Part shown: positions 14,401-25,050 of the stretch, piece by piece
Layout: every line of letters starts with the position of its first letter
Numbering within the stretch: the first letter of the stretch is position 1
Assembly: GCA_964016885.1 (NCBI GenBank)
Contig: OZ024764.1
Span: 25,172,001 to 25,236,000 of the forward strand
Direction of reading: 5' to 3'
DNA length: 64,000 nt
From: Eledone cirrhosa
Lineage: Eukaryota
The notes under the pieces: generated by a model
What the model was told of the DNA's origin: nothing
Database searches by the model: none
The model's input: only the letters and a program-made list of their open reading frames with translations
Position numbers and translations under genes: made by a program

Positions 14401-14829
14401 CATTCCAGACTCCACTAAAAGCAAGGAGCGGGACGTTCCCAGAAAAGTTTCCAGACGTTGGAAGTATTCCGGCCGCGCTGCCCAAAAAGGGGCGTACACA
14501 GCTATTAGTCTAAGGGCTCCACTTTCACTACTGCCGACGTCTAAAACCACCAGTCGACCCTCCGGGTCCAGGTGCACCTTCTGTATGGCGAGGCCCAGGT
14601 GTTTTCGCAGCAGAACGACAACTCCACCCCCACCCCCCGGTTGACAGAGAGATGCGAAGATCTCAAAGTCGTCGAAGAGGGGCGCCAGTTGGTGCTCGCT
14701 GCTGATCCTGGACTCGCAAATAGCCATTACATCCATTCTATGCGACCTGAGATCGTTTAAAAGTTTGCCTTGTTTCCAAGACAGTCCCAGGCCACGTACA
14801 TTCAGACACCCAACTCTTATATCAGCCAT
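11403..14829 (-). pseudogene. Tx1-type ORF2 (APE endonuclease, reverse transcriptase, C-terminal zinc finger), frameshifted
   Basis: LNVRGL, SYLDRV, YSDH, GPGYWKLNLSL, KSPGLDGLP, KAFDRVDH, RQGCPLS, YADD, CPRC...ETVAHAFVHC; split over four ORFs (14371-14829, 12254-14485, 12192-12641, 11403-12128). Confidence 0.9.
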
Positions 14830-14850
14830 GTTGGTTAAAAGAGGAAGGAC

Positions 14851-16593
14851 CTACCTGTTCGGCTCCTGAGGAGCAGGTTGCACAATATCCATGGGCGTAT
14901 TGGAGGGGTTGTTTGGTGGGGTGTTGTTCTGTGGTGGAGTGGGGGTGTTTGGTGAGGTGTGGGTGGGGAAACGTTTCAAGAGGACGCGGTTATAGGGTCG
15001 AGTACATGTTTTCCCCACGTCCTCAGGAAAGTTCTCTCTTAGTTTTGCATAGGTGTCCATTGGGAGTCTTATCATTTTTAAATGCGGTTTGTTGGCCGCG
15101 CTTGCAAAGAATTGTCCTTCAGTTTCCACCAAAGGGTCTTTGTGTATTGTTTTTACTAGTTCTTTGTTATTTGTGTTAATGTATGTATACTGTTTTATTT
15201 GTGTTGTGTTTGTTTGTTGTTCTTGTGTGTGCTTACGTTTTGTTGTATGTGTTATGTTTTGGGGTGGGGCGGATTTTGTTTGTTCTGTTTGTTTTGTTTT
15301 TGTTGGTGGTTGTGTGTTTGTTTCGTTTATGTTCGAGTGGTGCTTTCTTTTTTTCCTTTTTACAGGTTGGAAGGGTTCCCCCTCTTCGTCACTAGGTGCC
15401 GTTTCCGCTGGGTCCTCGTCCGTGCTGTCGGGTAGTGGTGTATTTTGGGGTTTTGTTGTATTTGTGTGTGTTTTGGGAGTTGTTTTGGGTGGGGCCGTGT
15501 CTTGTGTTATTTTTCCCTGTTGTTTTTGTTGTTGTTGTGGTGGTGGTGGTGGAGGTGGTGGTGGTGGTGGTGGTGGCGGTGGTGGTGTGTGGGGTGTAGG
15601 CAAAAGAGCCTTTTTTTTTGTCAATTGAGGACAAGCAGCCCTTAGATGACCCCTGCTTGAACAGTAGTAACATATGGGCCTCCTACCCTCGGCTGAAATA
15701 TATATAAATGTTTCTCCATCGAGGGACACCCTCTGTGGTATTCTAGCGATTCGTTCTGGTCTCATTTGGACCAGAACCTCCACGCTCAAACCGCCGAAAA
15801 CGTCTGTGGTGACTTCTCCTACTGAGAGGATTCCGTCCTCGTCTTCTAAAAACCCTGTTAGTACCCAGGAAATGCATGCATTTGGCCGGATTCCGGAGAC
15901 CCTTATCTTCTGCGTTCTTTTCCCTAAATATGTGGGGAAAAATGTATGTAGCTTGGAAACAATTGGTGCCACAGAGTATTTCCTGGCCGTCAATTGATCC
16001 TTCATTAGGACCGTTATATTCCCATAGAGTGGCCCTTTTTGTATGAACGATATATCACTCCACACATTTTTTAGGACCAGCTCAATCTCTTTTTGGGATA
16101 ATTGAGTTGGTTTCCTTGTTATGTTGGAAATTGTTCTGAAAGATATCGTTCTTAGCGTCGTGTCTCTTTTGATTTCTTGTGGGGAGGTGATTGTGAAGTC
16201 TCCTCCTTCTTTGAAAGTTACATACTGTTTCGCTTCCTTCATCTTTTCTCTCAGAGTTGTAATGTCCAGTTGCTTGCAGGTTTGTGTTTTCCGGACCGCC
16301 TGTGCAAAGGAGGTACCAGTAGTGGGTTCGCTTTGTTTGGTGTTATCGTTATTTTTTCCTTGGTTGGTGTTGTGACTATTGCTGTTATTGTCGTTGTTGT
16401 TTTTGTCTGCGTTTATGTGACTTTCTGGGTTTTCACCCATTTTTTCAAATTTTTCTTTTAATTCCGTGTTCCATGTTTCTTTTGCAGAAGTCAGGAGGGA
16501 AGACTTAGAGCCTTGTGCTTCTAGCTTCTCTGTATCACCTTTCTTAGGGGGCGTGGCTTTCACGTTAGGATGAGATGTGAAAATTCCGTCCAT
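14851..16593 (-). CDS. Tx1-type ORF1 (gag-like nucleic-acid-binding protein)
   Basis: intact ORF, first ATG at 16593; CX2CX4HX4C knuckle CYYCSSRGHLRAAC; poly-Pro/Gln tract; basic KRKKRK. Confidence 0.85.
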   Translation of the reverse strand: MDGIFTSHPNVKATPPKKGDTEKLEAQGSKSSLLTSAKETWNTELKEKFEKMGENPESHINADKNNNDNNSNSHNTNQGKNNDNTKQSEPTTGTSFAQAVRKTQTCKQLDITTLREKMKEAKQYVTFKEGGDFTITSPQEIKRDTTLRTISFRTISNITRKPTQLSQKEIELVLKNVWSDISFIQKGPLYGNITVLMKDQLTARKYSVAPIVSKLHTFFPTYLGKRTQKIRVSGIRPNACISWVLTGFLEDEDGILSVGEVTTDVFGGLSVEVLVQMRPERIARIPQRVSLDGETFIYISAEGRRPICYYCSSRGHLRAACPQLTKKKALLPTPHTPPPPPPPPPPPPPPPPQQQQKQQGKITQDTAPPKTTPKTHTNTTKPQNTPLPDSTDEDPAETAPSDEEGEPFQPVKRKKRKHHSNINETNTQPPTKTKQTEQTKSAPPQNITHTTKRKHTQEQQTNTTQIKQYTYINTNNKELVKTIHKDPLVETEGQFFASAANKPHLKMIRLPMDTYAKLRENFPEDVGKTCTRPYNRVLLKRFPTHTSPNTPTPPQNNTPPNNPSNTPMDIVQPAPQEPNR

Positions 16594-16804
16594 TTCTATT
16601 AGTTTGCCGTAATAAATTTTTAACTGGAAAATTCGCCCCAAAAAGGGGCGAAAATAAATAAACTCAAAGTTTGACGACCAAGGCAAGGGGTTAACGTATA
16701 TTACAGTATAAAAAAATTAATCAAAACTCACTTTTTGAGTAAGTAAATCCGACTCGGTAGCCGAGCTTGTTCACACACGTCAACACACGTCTCTCGTATA
16801 CGAG

Positions 16805-18310
16805 ATGTTATGTGAGATATTATGTGAGGTAAAGCCTTTACTGTGACGATACAATAGTATATATAGAGTAATGTAAATGCTATGTGAGATATTATGTGAG
16901 GTAAAGCCTTTACTGTGACAATACAATAGTATATATAGAGTAATGTAAATGTTATGTGAGATATTATGTGAGGTAAAGCCTTTACTCTGACAATACAATA
17001 GTATATATAGAGTAATGTAAATGTTATGTGAGATATTATGTGAGGTAAAGCCTTTACTGTGACAATACAATAGTATATATAGAGTAATGTAAATGTTATA
17101 TGAGGTATTATGTGAGGTAAAGTCTTTACTGTGAAAATACAATAGTATATATAGAGTAATGTAAATGTTATGTGAGATATTATGTGAGGTAAAGCCTTTA
17201 CTGTGAAAATACAATAGTATATATAGAGTAATGTAAATGTTATGTGAGATATTATGTGAGGTAAAGCCTTTACTGTGAAAATACAATCGTATATATAGAG
17301 TAATGTAAATGTTATGTGAGATATTATGTGAGGTAAAGCCTTTACTGTGACAATACAATAGTATATATATAGTAATGTAAATGTTATGTGAGATATTATG
17401 TGAGGTAAAGCCTTTACTGTGACAATACAATAGTATATATAGAGTAATGTAAATGTTATATGAGATATTATGTGAGATAAAGCCTTTACTGTGACAATAC
17501 AATAGTATATATAGAGTAATGTAAATGCTATGTGAGATATTATGTGAGGTAAAGCCTTTACTGTGACAATACAATAGTATATATAGAGTAATGTAAATGT
17601 TATGTGAGATATTATGTGAGGTAAAGCCTTTACTGTGAAAATACAATAGTATATATAGGGTAATGTAAATGTTATGTAAGATATTATGTGAGGTAAAGCC
17701 TTTACTGTGACAATACAATAGTATATATAGAGTAATGTAAATGTTATGTGAGATATTATGTGAGGTAAAGCCTTTACTGTGACAATACAATAGTATATAT
17801 AGAGTAATGTAAATGTTATGTGAGATATTATGTGAGGTAAAGACATTACTGTGAAAATACAATAGTATATATAGAGTAATGTAAATGTTATGTGAGATAT
17901 TATGTGAGGTAAAGCCTTTACTGTGACAATACAATAGTATATATAGAGTAATGTAAATGTTATGTGAGGTATTATGTAAGGTAAAGCCTTTACTGTGACA
18001 ATACAATAGTATATATAGAGTAATGTAAATGTTATGTGAGATATTATGTGAGGTAAAGCCTTTACTGTGACAATACAATAGTATATATAGAGTAATGTAA
18101 ATGTTATGTGAGATATTATGTGAGGTAAAGCCTTTACTGTGACAATACAATAGTATATATAGAGTAATGTAAATGTTATGTGAGATATTATGTGAGGTAA
18201 AGCCTTTACTGTGAAAATACAATAGTATATATAGAGTAATGTAAATGTTATGTGAGATATTATGTAAGATAAAGCCTTTACTGTGACAATACAATAGTAT
18301 ATATAGTGTA
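16805..18310. repeat. 72-bp satellite array, right part (~21 units)
   Basis: same unit and orientation resumes after the LINE 5' end. Confidence 0.98.
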
Positions 18311-18400
18311 ATCTAAATGCTATAGGTTAAGTTATCCATTGGAGATGGTAGCACTGTTGTAATCTTATAGAAAGTTGTATACTTTTGTTTTATCTAACAG

Positions 18401-18484
18401 GTTTACTGGAAGAGCCAAATTCAGAATTTGATATTGAACCTGTTAAAATAGTCAAGAAGTTGTACAGTTCTTGCAAAAATAGAG
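18401..18484 (+). CDS. M13 peptidase-like gene, exon 2
   Basis: ctaacag|...|gtttgt; (G)LLEEPNSEFDIEPVKIVKKLYSSCKNR(G), similar to neprilysin VLQEP...AVQKAKALYRSC; phase 1-1 joins exon 1. Confidence 0.85.
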
Positions 18485-18561
18485 GTTTGTATATTTTACT
18501 TTCTTGTTCAGAAACAAAAGGTGTTACATACAAATATCTCATTCCATTTTTCTTTACAACC

Positions 18562-18608
<47 letters not shown>

Positions 18609-18687
18609 TATGAAATACTATGTGCTTCTTGCTCATAATAATTTCTATACTTTTCATTTATATATATATATATATATGTAAGTATAA

Positions 18688-18789
<102 letters not shown>

Positions 18790-18869
18790 GTATATATATA
18801 TATAAATAGATGTATATATATATATAAATATATATATATATAAATAGATGTATATATATATATATAGAT

Positions 18870-18934
<65 letters not shown>

Positions 18935-18938
18935 TATT

Positions 18939-18973
<35 letters not shown>

Positions 18974-19297
18974 ACATCTATTTATATATATATATATATA
19001 TACATCTATTTATATATATATACATCTATTTATATATATATATATATATATAAATGTAAGTAGGTATGTATACGTACATACATATATGTATACAGAAGTA
19101 CAGTAGCATGCACACATATATATATATATATATACATATATATACATACAGGTACACATATATATATGTACGTATCAGTTTAGCGGACGTTTATTATAAC
19201 GCCCGCTTTGTCCGTTTGTAAACAAAAGGACAGCCTTATTTATGCCGTACGGTGTTAAGGCAACCACGTCACCTTTTTGTTCAACACTGACACAGGA

Positions 19298-19340
19298 ACG
19301 ATGTACTAGTTTCAAGCTTGTTAGCTATCATCAGCACCGT
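19298..19340 (-). ncRNA. Minimal type I hammerhead ribozyme (CUAG family)
   Basis: acggtg CTGATGA t-agct-aaca-agct-t GAAA ctag TA catcgt; 6-bp stem I, palindromic stem III, GUA site. Confidence 0.85.
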
Positions 19341-19575
19341 ATACCCTTCTGCCAGATGGTTGAACGTTCGAAAGTATATACTTTCCTTATGAAAATTAAC
19401 GGCTGAGCAGCCTAATTTGCATATCGAGTGAGTTCAGTCGGCCAGGCGTACCTAAAACGATAAATTGCAATATAATGAAACGAAATTTCATTTCTCACTC
19501 TTAGTACGGCACTTACTTAAATGTAAGTATGTATGTATACGTACATACACATATGTATACAGACGTACAGTATCA

Positions 19576-19647
<72 letters not shown>

Positions 19648-19806
19648 TATACATACAGGTACACATATATATATATGTACGTATCAGTTTAGCGGACGTT
19701 TATTATAACGCCCGCTTTGTCCGTTTGTAAACAAAAGGACAGCCTGATTTATGCCGTACGGTGTTAAGGCAACCACGTCACCTTTTTGTTCAACACTGAC
19801 ACAGGA

Positions 19807-19849
19807 ACGATGTACTAGTTCCAAGCTTCTTAGCTATCATCAGCACCGT
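19807..19849 (-). ncRNA. Degenerate HHR copy (GAAA changed to GGAA)
   Basis: second tandem unit, 509 bp from the first. Confidence 0.6.
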
Positions 19850-20315
19850 ATACCCTTCTGTGTATATCATTCAAAAAATTGCATAGATAGCACAAATCGA
19901 ATAAGCACTCAACCAGGTAGTTTTTAAAATAAACTTATGCAATTAATCTATCTCGAATTATTAACAGGTTAATTGTAAGACTCGGGAGATTAATATAAAT
20001 ATATATTCAGCAAGAATCGTATACATGTTGTTGAGGTGTTTTGCTCCGTCAATACATCGATATGTCCAGCTCCTGATTGCGTTGTTAATTCTCTGAGGAA
20101 CAGGAATCATATATGTATATATGTATATATATGTATATATATATACATATATACATATATATGTATATATATATGTATATATGTATATGTATATATGTAT
20201 ATATGTGTAAATATTTATTTCTATAAAAAAAAAATAAAAAAAAATAAAAATTTACTCTGCCATGTATTGAGTACCTTACTTACTGTGGTTATCCCCGACT
20301 CAACCCGGGACCTAC

Positions 20316-20397
<82 letters not shown>

Positions 20398-20855
20398 GAA
20401 AAGTATAGAAATTGTTGTAACGAGAAGCTAACAGTATTCCATAACATATATGTGATTATAGCGTCAAAATGGGAAAATAGTTAACATAAGATGATGAGAT
20501 GAAGATGATATACATATATATATATATGTATATCATCTTCATCTCATCTTCGTTTAACGTCCATTTCCACGACACCATGGGTTAGACGGGAGTTGTCCCA
20601 CTTGAGGCAAGGTTGGTTGGGTGACCGTGTCTCGCTCATATAGGACTATCTGGCAGGTATTCTACGGATGCCCTTCCTAACACCAACCCCATTTACAGTG
20701 TCGAACTAGGAACTTTTTACCGTGTTACCTACACGGCCACATTACAGCGTGGACTGTGTATTTTTTTTGTCGTGACACCTACATGATCTCGATCTCATTA
20801 TCTCATTTATTTGTTCGGATTTATTAGTTATGTAATAAACAACATAAGATAATTA

Positions 20856-20917
20856 TTTCATTTACCAGTGGTTTCTTGATGGCAGATGTTGTGTCTGTCT
20901 TCAGTCGTCAGAATGAA
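20856..20917 (-). ncRNA. Type I HHR (CCACUGG family)
   Basis: ttcatt CTGACGA [stem II] GAAA ccactgg TA aatgaa. Confidence 0.78.
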
Positions 20918-21529
20918 AAAATAACATGGTGTTTTATTAAATATGGATTTAAAAACAAAATTTAGGAAATATGAAAGTGAGGCTGAAAAAAAGCGTCGAA
21001 AAGGAAATAGGGGAGAAAAAAAATGATAAAAAATATATAATATATATATATATAAAAAAATAAATATCCAGAACATAAACAAACACTCACTCAACTACAC
21101 GCTTATACGTAATAGTACATGGACGTATACTTTCTCACATAAGTGTATTTGAGTCTACATGAAAGTACAAACAGGCACATAAATACATACACATACATAT
21201 ACACAGATATATACATAAATACATACACATACATATACACAGATATATATGCACTCAAATATGTACACACAAAAACACACATATAAAAAGGGGGTGTACA
21301 CACACATACATAAACATACATACATACAAACACAAAAACTCAAAAACAAAAAGCACTATACATACGCGCACGTGTATATACACATACACACATATATATA
21401 CACATACACACACATGTTTTTATTTATTTATTACTTCTTCTTTTTCGCCCGGTTTTTTCTCAGCCTCACTCTCATATTTCTTAAATTTTGTTTTCAAATC
21501 CATATTTAATAAAAACACCATGTTTTTTA

Positions 21530-21587
21530 TTCATTCTGACGACTGAAGACAGACACATCTGCTTTCAAGAAACCACTGGTAAATGAA
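21530..21587 (+). ncRNA. Type I HHR (CCACUGG family)
   Basis: ttcatt CTGACGA ctgaagacagacacatctgctttcaa GAAA ccactgg TA aatgaa. Confidence 0.8.
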
Positions 21588-21599
21588 ATATATATTTTT

Positions 21600-23676
21600 T
21601 AATGTTCAGTTATGTTTCATTCACTAATAAATGTTCATCTAGAAGCCAAAAAAAACAAAAACAAATGAATAATAATCATTTACGACATCTACAACGGTAT
21701 GCGATGGGGCCCACCCACAGCCCCGGCGGACAGAATGGAGAAGACGTTTCCCCGGAGTAAAGCAAGGGAGACGCGCTGGAAAAGCCACTCCAACTCGCGG
21801 GGCTCACACCTGCGGCCGGCCAGCTCAGCGGCTATGGTGGTGAATAAGGAGGTAGCCCTGGGGCCGAGGACACCAGAAGTCTCCACTGCTACGGGTACGA
21901 CCGCAAACCTGTCGCAGAGCGACCGGTATTTGTGGAGTTTGGCCCCCTCATCCCGACGTGCAGCAGAACCTGGGTCCTTCACAGACTGCACCAGGCTGCG
22001 GCTGCAGAAAGTGTCGGTGCAAGGGGCATCCAAGACGAGGGGTTTGCCACCGCGGAACGGGAAGATGGTCATGCCATCTGGCCTTTTGCCGTCCCCTCGA
22101 TCCAGCCCCGCCGGCTCCAGCTGGGAAGGGAAACCTGCAGCGTCCAAGCCATGCTTAATGACCTCGTTGAGGGCAGCATGGCGTGGAAGACGACCGGCAC
22201 TGTGGCGACAGGAAAGCGGGTGGAGGCCGAAAATGTCCACGGTGGAACCGCAGTGACATTGGTATAGCTGGCAGATCCAGCGGCCGAGCCTCAGGGAAAC
22301 GCCGATGCACAGGCTATGGTTGTCTAGCTGCGTGCCAGTAAAGAATGAGGGGCATGGAGTCAGGCACCACTGTGGGGTTTGGAGGCCGCACGAAAACAAG
22401 CAAGGCAGCGCTGATCGAGCTGGTGCGTGAGCCTCTCTGAGGCCAGACAGATATCGAGTATCGAGGTCAGCGAGGAGAGATGCCTGGGTGTTGCATGGAG
22501 TGCTGCGGAGTGTATAAAGGAGCTTCGGCATGGCGAAGCAGTTTCTCAGCAGCTGGGTGGCCATCAATGAAGCCCAGTCGGCTCGTGAGAGATTGGAGCT
22601 GTTGAAGCCTGGACCTGATGGTGGAGAGGACAGCCGGCGGGTGGATCGGTGACCCGAGGATGAGGACATCCTCTTAGGCGGTCACGTGAACCTGGCGGAG
22701 AATCAACCGCACGTCCAAGACGGAGGCTGTAAAGCTCGCAGCATCGGGGCTGACATTCACCACCTCCGACTTGGCCGAGTCGACCTGGAGGCCGATTCCC
22801 GCCAGGGCAGGAAGGTCATGGCAGACCGACCGTATGGGCCCTCCCAACGTAGCATCATCCAGATACCAAATGTTGAGAGGGGCCGTGATACTCCGGATGA
22901 TGTGGTCAATACCAAAGGGTCGCCCTGTTGGACCCCAGTAGCTGAGGGTATGACGGTATCAGCAGCAAGGAGCATGCTCGGGGATCCATATGACAGGTAG
23001 GCCAGCGGGTAGGCAGAGGGGGCTCGGCTGAGGCAGGCCTCGAGCAGATGATCCTGGCATAAAGAGTTGAAGGCATTCCTCATGTCAAGCTTGACAATGA
23101 GGTGCCTGGAGCCCCTGGATGTCGGTTCCGATGGGCAGCTGTTGAAGAACTGCCTGGTTGCATGAGCGGCCCCCTCACAGCCACCGGACACACCGACACC
23201 CAGTTGCACCGGACTAAACTCCTCACCCAGTTCACCTTGGCAGCCAGCCTCCGGAAGACATTGCCCACAGCAATGGGGCGTATGCCACCCTCTTTCTTCC
23301 TGAGAGAGGTGAGGCTGGCCGAAAAAAAGAGGCCTCGGGCGTAAGGGTCCAGGGCACCATGGATAAGCCTATTGTTGAGCACCACAATTGCACTCAGAAG
23401 ACGGCGCCCGGCCTCAGCGGAGAGGGGGGATGTCAACTCTGTAAGGTGGCCTGGTCGGAGACCATCAACACCTCTGCAGCTGCTAGCTGGGAAGGACATG
23501 ATGTCTGCATCAGAAGGCACAAGGAACAAGTGGGGGTTGGGTGGGGGTATGGGTCTGAGATCAGTGGGTGGCTCAGAGTGTTTGAGTCGCAGAGCAGCCA
23601 GGACCTCCTCGGTGGGTTGGAGGACAGTGTCCTCTGAGGCAACAACTGAGGCAACAACTCTGTCGACCAGATCCAT
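21600..23676 (-). mobile_element. 5'-truncated, degenerate CRE-clade (restriction-like endonuclease) non-LTR retrotransposon
   Basis: RPIAVGNVFRRLAAK, QLGVGVSGGCE, KLDMRNAFNS, GVQQGDPL; C-terminal CHCG...HPLSC, RHAALN, DGKRPDG; frameshifted. Confidence 0.8.
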
Positions 23677-24111
23677 GCTTATGTTTCTTTACATTTCCCT
23701 CATCCATGTCCTGACTGAGTTTATCGTAGTCCATTCTCCATCGTTGAACCATTCCGAGATCCAGATTCTTTTCTATGCAGAAAATAGTAAGATTCTTGCC
23801 CAGTGATTCCTCCACAATTCTTTTCTTGTATTCGACTGTATAACTTTTCCTTCCTTTCCTGTCTAGGGCTGAAAATGATCTTCTCCCTTGAAGTTACTGA
23901 TAAGCCATTACTTTCGGTTTGTACCCGCATTTGCATAGACAATATTGATTGCACGCACTTCCCCCTTTCCTTTCGTTAATTTCATTATCGATTTTTTCAC
24001 ATCTGCGCATTCCACAAACTTCTTATACACCCGCTTATCAGTTAATTTTACATTAAGATACAATCCTTTTCTATAATGGACGATTGCGCCAATTTTCAGG
24101 GGGGAAACACG

Positions 24112-24142
<31 letters not shown>

Positions 24143-24207
24143 CATACATACATACATACATACATACATACACACATATATACACACATGCATGCATGCA
24201 TACACAC

Positions 24208-24486
24208 CTTCAGATTTATGCCTGTAATTATTGGGGCACTGGGGTATGTTAGTAACTGCCTCAATACAAATCTTTAGAAGCTAGGCTTCACAGGAACAGA
24301 AAGAACACAACTAGTTAGGAAATTACAAGTACAATCCATTAATGGAACAGTAAAAATATGTAAAACATTCCAAAAATGTTGCATCTAATAACTGCATATA
24401 CACATGTACAGATACAAAGCATATACACATGCACACATACAACTCAAAACATCCACATCCACACATACAATAACATCCATATCTAT
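24208..24486 (+). mobile_element. Short fragment of the same R4/Dong element
   Basis: near-identical to about 31050-31330; embedded in (TACA)n. Confidence 0.85.
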
Positions 24487-24703
24487 ACATACATGCATAC
24501 ATGCATGTGTGCGTACATACATACATACATACATACATACATACATACATACATACATGCATACATGCATGCGTGCGTACATACATACATACATACATAC
24601 ATGATGGCTGCCCCCTCGTTATCAAGTATGGCCATTGCACAAGAAAAAAAAAATAAATAAATTAAAAAAAAAAAATAAATAAAATAAAAATAAAAATAAA
24701 AAA

Positions 24704-24745
<42 letters not shown>

Positions 24746-24778
24746 AAAAAAAAAGAAAAAAAAAGAAAAGAAAAAAAG

Positions 24779-24827
<49 letters not shown>

Positions 24828-24891
24828 CATATATACATACACACACACATACACATACACTCACACATATATACACACATACATTAATAAC

Positions 24892-24931
<40 letters not shown>

Positions 24932-25010
24932 GCAATAATAATAATAACGACAACAACAATAATAATATACATATTCATATATATATACACACACACACAC
25001 GCACATAAGC

Positions 25011-25019
<9 letters not shown>

Positions 25020-25050
<31 letters not shown>

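Larger units (their letters stand above)
11166..16804 (-). mobile_element. Near full-length Tx1/L1-clade non-LTR retrotransposon inserted in the 72-bp satellite
   Basis: 5'UTR, ORF1, ORF2 (APE-RT-CCHC) and a 3'UTR ending AATAAAgaaacc; both ends abut satellite units. Confidence 0.92.
7004..18326. mobile_element. TTAA (piggyBac/Kolobok-like) MITE copy 1, expanded by the satellite and the Tx1 insertion
   Basis: ttag-CCCTTTAACATTT left end, degenerate right end aaatgctatagg-ttaa; left ~135 bp homologous to copies at 31875 and 44692. Confidence 0.75.

Noticed and set aside
23680-24115. Possible LTR-element PBS (minus-strand ttggcgca) and short ORFs
   Set aside because: No LTR pair or gag/pol motifs recognised
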